A stretch of DNA of 64,000 nt from Terriglobia bacterium. Its GTDB lineage: Bacteria; Acidobacteriota; Terriglobia; Acidiferrales; UBA7541. Positions 41,973-51,343 of this stretch are shown here, one piece after another; the stretch's first letter is position 1; each line of letters opens with the position of its first letter. The DNA lies in the NCBI GenBank assembly GCA_963695545.1, contig OY968796.1:1952001-2016000 (forward strand). Direction: 5' to 3'. The notes beneath the pieces were generated by a model that saw only the letters and a list, made by a program, of their open reading frames with translations, was not told where the DNA came from and did not search any database. A program made the position numbers and the translations under genes.

Positions 41973-42153
41973 GAGCGAGCGGAACGTCGCTTATAACACA
42001 ACCGTATCCGCTCTGGGAAGCGCTTCTCCCCGCATCGCCGCGCCGTCACGTCGCTCGCGATGCTCCGGCGCGTTGCTGGCGGCACGAAGGCACCTTGTTC
42101 GCGCCGCGGCAGGCGCGGCCTCGGCGTGTACAATAGTGGCGAGGTGACGCCCG

Positions 42154-42558
42154 ATGGCAGGCTACACGGATGAGCACGCCCGCGCCGGAATCCGCACGCG
42201 GCTGCCCAAGCTCGAAACCTGGCCGAATCAATTCCCCGGCTACACCATCGTGACGCGCATTCCGGAATACACTTCGATCTGCCCGAAGACCGGCATGCCG
42301 GATTACGGCGCGATCTCGATCGAGTACCAGCCGCGCAAACTGTGCCTCGAACTCAAGTCGCTCAAGATGTATATGCTCGCGTATCGCAATCTTGGCATCT
42401 TCTACGAGAACGCCGTGAATCGGATTCTCCGCGACATCGTGGAAGCGGCGCGCCCGGTGTGGTGCGTGGTGCGCGGCGACTTCACGCCCCGCGGCGGCCT
42501 CACCACTTCGGTGGAAGCGCGCTGGCCGCGATCGCCGCAGCGCGCGCGGCGCGCGTAA
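42154..42558 (+). CDS. queF: preQ1 synthase (7-cyano-7-deazaguanine reductase)
   Basis: PEYTSICPKTGMPDY, ELKSLKMY, FYEN, FTPRGG. Confidence 0.95.
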   Translation: MAGYTDEHARAGIRTRLPKLETWPNQFPGYTIVTRIPEYTSICPKTGMPDYGAISIEYQPRKLCLELKSLKMYMLAYRNLGIFYENAVNRILRDIVEAARPVWCVVRGDFTPRGGLTTSVEARWPRSPQRARRA

Positions 42559-42695
42559 CGCGACGATCAGCAGGTTAGCCGCGGCGCGAGCGCTACGCGG
42601 CGCGCGAGCGTAGACAACCCCTGCGGGCTTCGAGATAATCATAGTGGTGTCGCGCGGCAACCCAGTCGCCGCCAAGCGCAGAGGAGGCAGTAAGC

Positions 42696-43622
42696 ATGAG
42701 CACGATTCCAACCGGGCCCGCATCCACCGAATCCAAGGAGACGTTTGTCTACGAAGCGGCCCCTCTTCCGCGCTGGATTTATGTAGCGTTCGTCGCGCTT
42801 TTGCTTTTGGTGGCCTACCTCTTTTATGCCGGCTACACGGAGCGCGACAAGCTGCAATCCGATTTGACGGCGGCCACCAACCAGGAAGCCGTGCTCTCCG
42901 CCGAGATCGACCAATCCAATTCGCGCGTCGCCGATCTGCGCGCCAAGCTCGAGGTGACCTCGCAAAAGCTAGGCCTGACGCAGGATGAACTCGCGCGCGC
43001 CAGCACGCTGGCCGAAACCATCAAGCAGCAGCAGAAGGACAGCGACGCGCAACTCGCGGCGCAGATCGGACAAGTGCAGCAGCAATCCGATCAGAAGATC
43101 GGCGCGGTCTCGACCGATCTTTCCGGCACGAAGTCCGATCTTTCCGCAACCAAGCAGGATCTTGCGGCGACCAAGGCTCAGCTGACAACCGCTGTCGGCG
43201 ATCTGGGCGTGCAGAGCGGATTGATCGCGCACAACGAAGGCGAAGTGCAGGAATTGCAGCGCCTCAACGAGCGCAACATTTTCCAATTCAACCTCAAGAA
43301 GGAAAAGACCGCCTCGCGCGTCGGACCGATCGAAGTGAAGCTTGAAAGCATGGACCCGAAGCGCAACAAATACACGATCCTGGTGGTTGCCGACGATCGC
43401 ACGACCGAGAAAAAAGATAAGACCGCCGAAGAGCCGGTCCAGTTCTACGTGAAGGGCGCAACCCAACCTTATGAAATCGTGGTCTTCGACGTTGCCAAGG
43501 ACCACATCGCGGGCTACCTTTCGACTCCGAAAGGTGAGGGCACGTCAGCGGCGGCGCCCGCCTCCGCCGCTCCTGCTTCTGCTCCGGCTTCGTCCTCCGC
43601 GCCCGGGACCACCACACCCTGA
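42696..43622 (+). CDS. Membrane-anchored coiled-coil hypothetical protein
   Basis: GGAGG RBS, one TM helix, long heptad region, beta-rich C-terminal domain, Ala/Pro/Ser tail. Confidence 0.75.
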   Translation: MSTIPTGPASTESKETFVYEAAPLPRWIYVAFVALLLLVAYLFYAGYTERDKLQSDLTAATNQEAVLSAEIDQSNSRVADLRAKLEVTSQKLGLTQDELARASTLAETIKQQQKDSDAQLAAQIGQVQQQSDQKIGAVSTDLSGTKSDLSATKQDLAATKAQLTTAVGDLGVQSGLIAHNEGEVQELQRLNERNIFQFNLKKEKTASRVGPIEVKLESMDPKRNKYTILVVADDRTTEKKDKTAEEPVQFYVKGATQPYEIVVFDVAKDHIAGYLSTPKGEGTSAAAPASAAPASAPASSSAPGTTTP

Positions 43623-43646
43623 ATTCTTATCTGCCGCAAAACGGGC

Positions 43647-46100
43647 TCAATCGAACTGCTTGAGCGCTTGAGCCCACTCCCGCAGTCGCTTATCCACCAG
43701 CGCGAAAACCGTGTCGGGCTCGAAGGCGCCATCGGCGCTGCGCGTTCCGGCTTTCACGCCGGTGAGAATTTCTATGCCCTGTTCGACCGTGGAGACGGGG
43801 AGAATCTGAAATTGGCCGCGGGCCACGGCGTCAATGGTGTCGTCGCGCAGCATCAAGTCCTCGATATTTTCGGACGGAATGATCACGCCTTGTTTGCCGG
43901 TGAAGCCGAGAACGCGGCAGACATCGAAGAATCCTTCGATCTTCTGATTGACGCCGCCGATCGGCTGGATATCGCCCTGTTGATTCACGGAGCCGGTGAC
44001 GGCGATTTCCTGCCGAATGGGCAGGCCGGAAAGCGCGGAGAGCAGAGCGAACACTTCCGTTGAGCTGGCGCTATCGCCATCGACGCCGGAATAGGATTGC
44101 TCAAAGCACAGGCTGGCGGCCAGCGAAAGCGGCTTATCCTGCGCGAAGCGCGCGCGAAGGAATCCGGCGATGATCTGCATGCCCTTATCGTGCAGGCGGC
44201 CGCTCAGGCGGGCTTCGCGTTCGATATTGATCAGGCCGGATTTGCCAAGCGACGCGGACGCGGTGATGCGAATGGGCTTGCCGAACGAGTAGCCGCCGAT
44301 TTCGGCGACGGTCAGGCCGTTGACCTGGCCGATGCGCGTGCCGGCGACGTCCATCAGCAGCGTGCCTTCTTCGATCATTTCGCGGATTTTGGTTTCGATC
44401 AGGTTGTGGCGTTCAATGCGCGCTTCGCGGGCGGAGCGCACGTGCGCGGCGGTGACGAGTTTTTGGCCATCCTCGCGCGCGGCGTAGCACGCTTCGCGCG
44501 CGAGATCGGCAAGATCGGCAAAGCGCGCGGTGACTTTGTTGCGGCGGCCGGCGAGGCGCACGCCGAATTCGAGCATGGCGGCGACGGCCGAGCGATCGAA
44601 CGCGAGTAGATTTTCTTTTTCGGAAAGTTTCCGCAGCCGGCCGCCGTACTGGTGGATCACAGTGTCGTTCAGGCCCATTTCCTCGTCGAACTCGACGCGC
44701 ACTTTGAAAATCTTTTTGAAATCCTCGTCGTTCTCATAGAGCAGCTCGTACATTTCCGGATCGCCGATCAGAATGATCTTCACATTGATATCGATCGGCT
44801 CGGGCTTGAGCGCCGAGGCGCCGAAGGGAAAGAAAAGATCGAGCGGCTGGCTATCGAGCTTGGCGTGATTGAGCGTGCGCTTGAGCGTGCGCCAAACGCC
44901 GGCTTCGCCGAGCGCATCGAGCGCGTAGATGATCAGATAGCCGCCATCGGCGCGGAGAATCGAGCCGGCGCGCAGATCCATGAAATCGGAAGTCCAGCCG
45001 CCGCGGGAATCATAGGCGCGCTGGATGGTGCCGAATAGGTTCGCGTAGGTCGGCGTGGTTTCAAAAATCACGGATGAGGCTTCGAGATCGTCGTGCGCGA
45101 GTAGCGTATTGACGTTGTAAACGCGGAACGGATCGCGCTCGGGCATCTGCAAGCGGGAGATGCCGTCCACTTGCGGCGAGCCGCCCGGTTCGGTTTCTTC
45201 GCCTTCACGTTCCTTGAAAGGATCGAGATTATCGAGAATGTTGTGGCGAACTTCCTCGAGATATTCGGCGATGTGCGCTTCGGGATATTTTTCCTTGAGC
45301 TCCTCGATCACGCCGTCAACGAGCACAGAGGCGGCTTCCTGCTCGAGGTAGGAAAGTTCGCTCGCGAGTTCGCGCGAGAGCGTGAGCGTGCGGCGATAAA
45401 CCACGGTGAAATCCTGGCGAAACACTTCGTACTTGCGCTCGAGGTCTTCGGCGATGGCGGTTTCGAGTTTCCCTTCGTTGACGAGCTTGGGCATGTCCTC
45501 GATGGGCACCATTTGGCCTTCGAGAACGGGGAAAATTTCCGGCAGCGCCACGGCGCCGACTTGCATGTGGCCGAGCGCGAATTGATCGCGCGCGATGCGG
45601 CGCGTGAAGTCGTCCATCAATTCTTTTTCGCGGATGGTGAAGCGCTCGACGATGCGATTTTTTTGGCGCTGGAAGGGCTCGCCCTCGAAAACCTGCGGAA
45701 TGCGGCGGCGCAGAAATTCGATGCCGGACTGAATGTCCTTGCGGAAATTGGTGGCCTGGCCCGGCGGAAGGGTGATGAGGCGCGGGCGATCGGGAATTTT
45801 GAAATTATTGACGTAGCAGCGATCGAGCGACATTTTTCGCGGCGGATCGAGTTCTTTGATCATGCGCGCGATCATGCCGCCGCGGCTGGTGCCGGCCATG
45901 CCGCAGACGAACATGTTGTAGCCGCGCGCGTCGAGTTCGACGCCGAGTTTGAGCGCGCGCAGGGCGCGATCCTGGCCGATCATGCCTTCGATCTGCGGCG
46001 CATCGGCGGTGGTCTCAAAGGGAATGCGCGAGGGATCGCAGCGCCAGCGAAGCTGATCGGGCGGAAGCGGAACGGCGGTCGGTGGTGATTTCAGGGCCAT
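43647..46100 (-). CDS. Lon-like protease (LonC/AAA_32 type)
   Basis: IGQDRA, GQVNGL, FEQSYSGVDGDSAS (catalytic Ser), IGGVNQKIEGF (catalytic Lys). Confidence 0.9.
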   Translation of the reverse strand: MALKSPPTAVPLPPDQLRWRCDPSRIPFETTADAPQIEGMIGQDRALRALKLGVELDARGYNMFVCGMAGTSRGGMIARMIKELDPPRKMSLDRCYVNNFKIPDRPRLITLPPGQATNFRKDIQSGIEFLRRRIPQVFEGEPFQRQKNRIVERFTIREKELMDDFTRRIARDQFALGHMQVGAVALPEIFPVLEGQMVPIEDMPKLVNEGKLETAIAEDLERKYEVFRQDFTVVYRRTLTLSRELASELSYLEQEAASVLVDGVIEELKEKYPEAHIAEYLEEVRHNILDNLDPFKEREGEETEPGGSPQVDGISRLQMPERDPFRVYNVNTLLAHDDLEASSVIFETTPTYANLFGTIQRAYDSRGGWTSDFMDLRAGSILRADGGYLIIYALDALGEAGVWRTLKRTLNHAKLDSQPLDLFFPFGASALKPEPIDINVKIILIGDPEMYELLYENDEDFKKIFKVRVEFDEEMGLNDTVIHQYGGRLRKLSEKENLLAFDRSAVAAMLEFGVRLAGRRNKVTARFADLADLAREACYAAREDGQKLVTAAHVRSAREARIERHNLIETKIREMIEEGTLLMDVAGTRIGQVNGLTVAEIGGYSFGKPIRITASASLGKSGLINIEREARLSGRLHDKGMQIIAGFLRARFAQDKPLSLAASLCFEQSYSGVDGDSASSTEVFALLSALSGLPIRQEIAVTGSVNQQGDIQPIGGVNQKIEGFFDVCRVLGFTGKQGVIIPSENIEDLMLRDDTIDAVARGQFQILPVSTVEQGIEILTGVKAGTRSADGAFEPDTVFALVDKRLREWAQALKQFD

Positions 46101-46276
46101 GGATTCTCGATTAGGCGGCTACTCTAGCATAGGGCGTTGCATGCGCGCACAAAGGTGAAACGTGGGGTTTCCAGATCGCGTTTCGAGTGCGCCGGCGTGG
46201 CACGCGCCGTCGGCGACCAACGGCAGCCAAACAACGTCTTTCGGGAAGCATCGAAAAAATCGATGCGAGGGAGGAT

Positions 46277-46611
46277 GGGGTGCCCCTGCCCCCCGGGTGT
46301 TTTTCGGAAGTGTTGAAATGATTCGACTTTAAGTCCTTTGCGCCAGAACTGGTGATTCTAAAAGGCTTAAAATGCAATTTTTCAGAACTGTTGATTCTGG
46401 AAGGGTTACGGGCGAAAAACCGGCGGATTGGAGAGACTGCTGGCAGGTTTTGGCCTCCGCGCGGTGAAGAGGCCAATCCGGGGATTGGCGTTCCCGGGGC
46501 GGCTTCGGTCGGGAGTGGGTGCTTGCGAGTCATTCCGCAGCATAACACATTTATTGGCTGGATGTCAACAGATACTCTGTGGATATCTATTCGAAGAGAG
46601 TTTTCGAATAG
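46277..46611 (-). repeat. Copy B of the dispersed promoter + 39-bp-period palindrome-array element
   Basis: 46277-46419 is the inverted homolog of 10494-10637; minus-strand TTGACA(46568-46563)-N18-TATGCT(46544-46539); CTATTCGAA...TTCGAATAG upstream of the -35. Confidence 0.85.
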
Positions 46612-46776
46612 TTCGTCACGATCAGCCCGGGGGAAGCAGCCGATGCCGAGAACAAAAGGAGCGCGCTCCGGGCACGCGTCGTTCGCCGGGCGTGGTCGGA
46701 ATTGAGGGGCGAGAGAGTGTGGTAATCTCCGTCGTCGGTCATAATAGATACATTGGAATTGCGGAGAGCTGGCGAA

Positions 46777-47838
46777 ATGAACTGTCTAAATTGCGGGACC
46801 GAGATGATGAACAATCAGGTGAGCACGAAGGACGAGGTGATCTCGTACAATATGTGCGAGAAGTGCGGGAGCTTGTGGCTAGATAAGGGCGAGCTGGACA
46901 AGATGGCGTTTCAGGTGGACGGCGACATTGAATATTGTTCGCAGGAGGCGGTGGAGGGGAGCGCGGAGAAGATTCGGAAGTGTCCGCGCTGCGACAATTC
47001 GGATTTGTATGCGGTGCGGTTCCTCGAAGCGACCGACATTATTCTGCACCATTGCAAAGGATGCGGGGGATTTTGGCTGGATGGCGGGGAGCTGGATTTA
47101 ATTGATAAGGAACTGGCGAAGCTGATGCCGGTGAGCGGGAAGGGATTTTCGGATTTCGTGAACAATGTGCATGTTCCGTACTGGTATAAGCGGGTGAAAA
47201 GAAACAGCAGCGAGACGGATACGCCGGTGCCGGCGCCGCCAATCGAGGGCGCTTCGATGCAGAGCGCGACGACGGATGTGTGCCCGGCGTGCGGGAAGCT
47301 TCTGAATGGATACACGGCGTACACCATGAAATTCGAGGGCTGCGCGGCGTGCAAGGGAATTTGGTTGTTCAAGGATGAATTGCGCGGGCTGAAGAATAAG
47401 GTGGAGCACGGGTCGCTGCGCTGGCTGAACGACGAAGTGAATAACGTCGAGAAAACGAGCGCGCTGGCGACCAAGCGCGCGTGCCCGAAGTGCAAGAGCG
47501 TCGCGCTGGTTTCCGTGCTTTTCGGGAAATCGTCGATTGTGATCGATTGGTGCCCGCAATGCTTTGGAATGTGGCTCGACCACGGTGAATTTGTCGCGGT
47601 GACCGATTATTTGAAGCAAGAGTCGGAGGTCGTGCACTCGAAGGACCTGGAAAAGAAGGCGCTCGAAGAGGTGAAGCTGCTGGTGAAGGGCGGGCCGGAA
47701 AGCCGCCTGGAAGAGTTGAAAGATTTGAGAGCCACGATTTCGGCGCTGACCAGCGCCACGGTGTTTGAGCATCCGTGGCTGTTGAGGCTGTGCAAGGAAG
47801 CGGCGCTGGCGAGTTACGGGCTGGGATTCGGGGCGTAG
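46777..47838 (+). CDS. Protein with four tandem zf-TFIIB-type zinc ribbons
   Basis: Four C..C...C..C.G.WL(D)..E(L) units. Confidence 0.8.
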   Translation: MNCLNCGTEMMNNQVSTKDEVISYNMCEKCGSLWLDKGELDKMAFQVDGDIEYCSQEAVEGSAEKIRKCPRCDNSDLYAVRFLEATDIILHHCKGCGGFWLDGGELDLIDKELAKLMPVSGKGFSDFVNNVHVPYWYKRVKRNSSETDTPVPAPPIEGASMQSATTDVCPACGKLLNGYTAYTMKFEGCAACKGIWLFKDELRGLKNKVEHGSLRWLNDEVNNVEKTSALATKRACPKCKSVALVSVLFGKSSIVIDWCPQCFGMWLDHGEFVAVTDYLKQESEVVHSKDLEKKALEEVKLLVKGGPESRLEELKDLRATISALTSATVFEHPWLLRLCKEAALASYGLGFGA

Positions 47839-47870
47839 GCGCGCGCGTCAACTCGCGGTGACGGCAAGAC

Positions 47871-47962
47871 CAAAAACCCCACACGCAAGACCGGCGTGTG
47901 GGGCACACGCCGAACAGCGAACGTCAAAACCCGCACCCTTGAAACCGAACGGTGCGGCACCC
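47871..47962. repeat. Pair of REP-like hairpins between convergent genes
   Basis: CAAAAA-CCCCACACGC-N7-GCGTGTGGGG-CAC and CAAAAC-CCGCACC-N13-GGTGCGG-CACCC. Confidence 0.6.
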
Positions 47963-47982
47963 GCGGCACAACTGCAAAAACA

Positions 47983-49116
47983 TCAGGACGTGTGCGCGAC
48001 GGCGGGGCCTTCGCCTGGCGGCGACGAGGCGGAGGAGTGCGACGCGGCGGTGAAGAGGCTTGTGGCTGTGGCGACCACGATGGGGCCGAGCACGAGGCCG
48101 AGCGGGCCGAAGACCGCGACGCCGCCAAGGACGCTGATGAACACCACGAGGCCACTTAGTTCCGAGCACTTGCCGACCATGATGGGGCGAACTACGTAGT
48201 CGGTGGTGCCGATGACTACGAGCGCGATCGCGAGCAGCACAATGGCGCGCTCCCAGTGGCCGGACGCGAATAGATAAATCGTGGCGGGCAGCCAGACGGG
48301 CCAGGCTCCGACGACCGGCAGCATCGAGAGGAAAGCCATCACCGCGCCCCAGAATATGGGCGCTCCCAAACCGAGCACGGCAAACGAAATGCCTCCGACC
48401 ACGCCGTAGATCGCGGCGATCACGAGGCTGGTGGTGACGCTGGCGTTGATGAGCTCGCGCGCCTGGGAGAGGATGCGTTCGCGCGCCGCGGGCGAGAACG
48501 GGAGCAGGCGGCGGAAATTGGCGACGATCCAATCGGCGTCGCGGAAAATGTAGAACAGAGCGAAGAGCGTGACGAAGAGATCGAAGACGAACACGATGGC
48601 GTTGCGGAAGATCGAGCCGAGTTTCGAGCCCAGGAAACTTGCGCCATAGACGACGGCTCGCTGAACCATGGCCACGATGTTCACCGCGTGTTGCGCAGGG
48701 AATTTTGAATCGAGCCACGCGCCGGCCCGGCCGATCGGTCCGGGCAGGCTTGAAAGATCGGTGACGCCGGAAAAATTCGAGAGATCGGTCAGTGTGGGCC
48801 AGCCTGTGCCGAAGCTGGGCGCGATCGCGTGGACCACGCCGGCGGCTTCGTGCACCGAGAGCGTCACGAGCGCGAGCACGGGCACGATCAGAATCAGCGT
48901 GACGCCGAGTGTGGAAACCAGAGCGGCTCGGCCGGGAGGCATGCGGCGCTCCAGACGCTTTTGAAATGGATAGAAGACCACGACCATCACGCCGGCCCAT
49001 CCGAGCGGCGCAAGAAACGGTTCGAAGATGCTGAAGACGAAATAGGCCAAGAGCGCAACGACAACGTAGAAGAGCAGGTTGTCGAGGCGGGTGCGGTTTG
49101 TGTGAGCGTCGGGCAT
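47983..49116 (-). CDS. AI-2E family transporter
   Basis: PFLAPL, FYIFRD, AFLSMLPVVG, DYVVRP, GG...FGPLGLVLGP. Confidence 0.9.
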   Translation of the reverse strand: MPDAHTNRTRLDNLLFYVVVALLAYFVFSIFEPFLAPLGWAGVMVVVFYPFQKRLERRMPPGRAALVSTLGVTLILIVPVLALVTLSVHEAAGVVHAIAPSFGTGWPTLTDLSNFSGVTDLSSLPGPIGRAGAWLDSKFPAQHAVNIVAMVQRAVVYGASFLGSKLGSIFRNAIVFVFDLFVTLFALFYIFRDADWIVANFRRLLPFSPAARERILSQARELINASVTTSLVIAAIYGVVGGISFAVLGLGAPIFWGAVMAFLSMLPVVGAWPVWLPATIYLFASGHWERAIVLLAIALVVIGTTDYVVRPIMVGKCSELSGLVVFISVLGGVAVFGPLGLVLGPIVVATATSLFTAASHSSASSPPGEGPAVAHTS

Positions 49117-49229
49117 TTTGAGCGCCGCAATAGGGCGAGCTATTGTAATCCGGACGCGGGCTTTGCGGGATGGCGCGACGCAAAATTCGCGCGAGCGGTG
49201 GTAGGATCAGGCTACGGGCGGCGACGAAG

Positions 49230-49394
49230 ATGACGGAAGCTAAAGCTCCTTGCGTACACGCGCGCACGCAACTCGTGGCGCAGGATTCGGACGCGACTTA
49301 CGTGGAGTGCCTCGATTGCGGGGCGATCCTCGAAGGCGATGAATTGGCGGAGAAGAAGAAGGACGGATTCAACGAAACATTGTCGGATGCTTGA
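49230..49394 (+). CDS. Small putative zinc-binding protein
   Basis: CVH...YVECLDCG..L; C-terminal ETLSDA. Confidence 0.55.
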   Translation: MTEAKAPCVHARTQLVAQDSDATYVECLDCGAILEGDELAEKKKDGFNETLSDA

Positions 49395-49417
49395 GAGGGG
49401 CGCGGGCGTTAGCGGAA

Positions 49418-49840
49418 TTAGGAAATGCCGAGCTGGGTCAGGATGCGCAGGACTTCTTCTGAGGTCACGTCGTAAAGATCGCGTTCGTCTTCCTGCTGCA
49501 AGCGCTCGCGGAGATATTCGGCGGCGGCGTAGCTGGCTTCGCGGTCGGTGAGATCGCGCTGGGCGCGTTCGCGGAAAGCGACGAACGCGGGGTGCGCGAG
49601 ACCGACGATCACACCGCGTCCATCCACGATAAATTTTGTGTCGATCGTGTCGCTGTGGCGCGTGGCCACGGCGTTCCACAGGTGCGAGAAGCGCACGTGG
49701 TAGGCCTGATCGGTGAGGCGCGAAGGGACGTCAAACGCGCCGATAAATTCCTTCATCGCGCCGCGATTCAAGATCATCGTCTTGGAAGACGGCTTCGCGG
49801 CGGGCGAAGGTTTTGGGGCCGATGTGGACGATGGCGCCAA
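49418..49840 (-). CDS. Hypothetical protein
   Basis: Protein-like composition in the same orientation directly after the aminotransferase; start uncertain. Confidence 0.6.
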   Translation of the reverse strand: MAPSSTSAPKPSPAAKPSSKTMILNRGAMKEFIGAFDVPSRLTDQAYHVRFSHLWNAVATRHSDTIDTKFIVDGRGVIVGLAHPAFVAFRERAQRDLTDREASYAAAEYLRERLQQEDERDLYDVTSEEVLRILTQLGIS

Positions 49841-49861
49841 GATTTGCGTTTGCCTCGCGCG

Positions 49862-51082
49862 CTATTTTCGCTGGCTTACGGCTACGGGCACTCCCTGCGT
49901 GTAGTAGTGCACGGCCGCGCCGGCGCCGGCTCCCTGCGAAACGCGGTATCCCTGATCGAGCAACGTTTTTTCGAGCGCGGACAAGAATTGCAGCACGTGT
50001 CCCTTTTGGCTCGAGAAGCCCATCAGGCCGACGCGCCAGAGTTTGCCCTTCAGCGATTTGATGCCGCCGGCGATTTCGATGTTGAACTCATCGAGCAATT
50101 GGCGGCGCACGCGGTGATCTTCCACGCCTTCGGGAACATGAATGCCGGTGACGGTGGTCATGCGCTCGGCCGGATCGGGGACGAACATTTCCAGGCCCAT
50201 CGCTTCGAGACCGGCGATTAGCGCGAGCTGATTTTGGCGATGGCGCTCCCAGTTGGCTTCGAGTCCTTCTTCGAGCACGATGCGCAACGCTTCGCGCAAT
50301 CCGTAGACCAGCGGAATCGCGGGCGTGTGGTGATAGGTGCGCTCTTTGCCCCAATATTCCATGGTGTGCGTGAGATCGAAATACCAGCTGACGGGTTTCG
50401 ATTTGCGCGCGCGGATCACTTCTTCGACGCGCGTGTTCACGGTGATCGGAGACATGCCAGGCGGCGCGCTGATGGCTTTTTGCGAGCCGGAGAAGCAGAT
50501 GTCGATGCGCGTGCCGTCGACGTCGACTGGATGGCCGACGAGAGACGCGACGGTGTCAACGAGGAGCAGCGCGCCCAATTCATCGGCGACTTTGCGGAAT
50601 GGCTCGATCTTGGTGAGCGCGGACGTGGAAGTTTCGCCGTGCACCATGCCGACGAGCTTGATCGGGCGGCCCTTGGCGGCGCGGCGCACGTCTTCGGGAT
50701 CGACCGTGCGGCCGAGCGGTGCTTCGACGCGAATAATCGTCGCGCCGGTGCGCTCGGCGATGATGGCCATGCGCTCGGAGAACGCGCCGTTCACGCAGAT
50801 GATGGCTTGGTCGCCCGGCTCGAGTGGGTTGACCACGGCGGCTTCGATGCCGCCTGAGCCCGAGGCCGAAACGGGAAACGTGACGCGATTTTCGGTCTGG
50901 AACACTTTGCGCAGAAGGGACTGAATGTCGCCCATCATGGCGGTGAACCAGGGGTCCATGTGGCCGACCAGCGGCGCGGACATGGCGCGATAGACGCGCG
51001 GGTCCAGCATGGAAGGGCCCGGGGTCAACAACATACGCGGGGGCGGAAGAAGCTCTCCGATATCATTCCGATCAATGCTCAT
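49862..51082 (-). CDS. Alanine-glyoxylate / serine-pyruvate aminotransferase family (class V PLP enzyme)
   Basis: LLTPGPS, VHGETST, LVDTVASL, SGSQKAISAPPG, YHHTP, WRVGLMG. Confidence 0.92.
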   Translation of the reverse strand: MSIDRNDIGELLPPPRMLLTPGPSMLDPRVYRAMSAPLVGHMDPWFTAMMGDIQSLLRKVFQTENRVTFPVSASGSGGIEAAVVNPLEPGDQAIICVNGAFSERMAIIAERTGATIIRVEAPLGRTVDPEDVRRAAKGRPIKLVGMVHGETSTSALTKIEPFRKVADELGALLLVDTVASLVGHPVDVDGTRIDICFSGSQKAISAPPGMSPITVNTRVEEVIRARKSKPVSWYFDLTHTMEYWGKERTYHHTPAIPLVYGLREALRIVLEEGLEANWERHRQNQLALIAGLEAMGLEMFVPDPAERMTTVTGIHVPEGVEDHRVRRQLLDEFNIEIAGGIKSLKGKLWRVGLMGFSSQKGHVLQFLSALEKTLLDQGYRVSQGAGAGAAVHYYTQGVPVAVSQRK

Positions 51083-51296
51083 TTGGCAGAATCCTCGATG
51101 CCGTGCAGATTTTTGCCCGATCCCAAAACCATGGGAACGGGAAGCGCCGAGCGGGCACGGTTTCTCCAAGCCGAATGGAGCGCCCGGCGGGAAACTATAG
51201 TTTGAAGGATTTGCGAGCTTCGCGCAACCCGCAAGATGGGGAATTATATACATGACTCCCGTAAGGAAACAAGGGACTTTAAGGGCGATTATGGAC

Positions 51297-51325
51297 TTGA
51301 CAAAGTAACGCGAATCTGGTAGCCT
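51297..51325 (+). promoter_or_regulatory. Putative sigma70 promoter of the IS1595 transposase
   Basis: TTGACA(51297-51302)-N17-TAGCCT with a TGn extension. Confidence 0.55.
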
Positions 51326-51343
51326 CTGTGTAGTGAGGCTGCC

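Noticed and set aside
42100..42153. preQ1 riboswitch upstream of queF
   Set aside because: No preQ1-I-type stem-loop with an A-rich tail is visible.
49862..51082. Assigning the aminotransferase as pucG of purine catabolism
   Set aside because: It lies 28 kb from the operon, and that operon uses allantoicase rather than the ureidoglycine route. Family-level call only.
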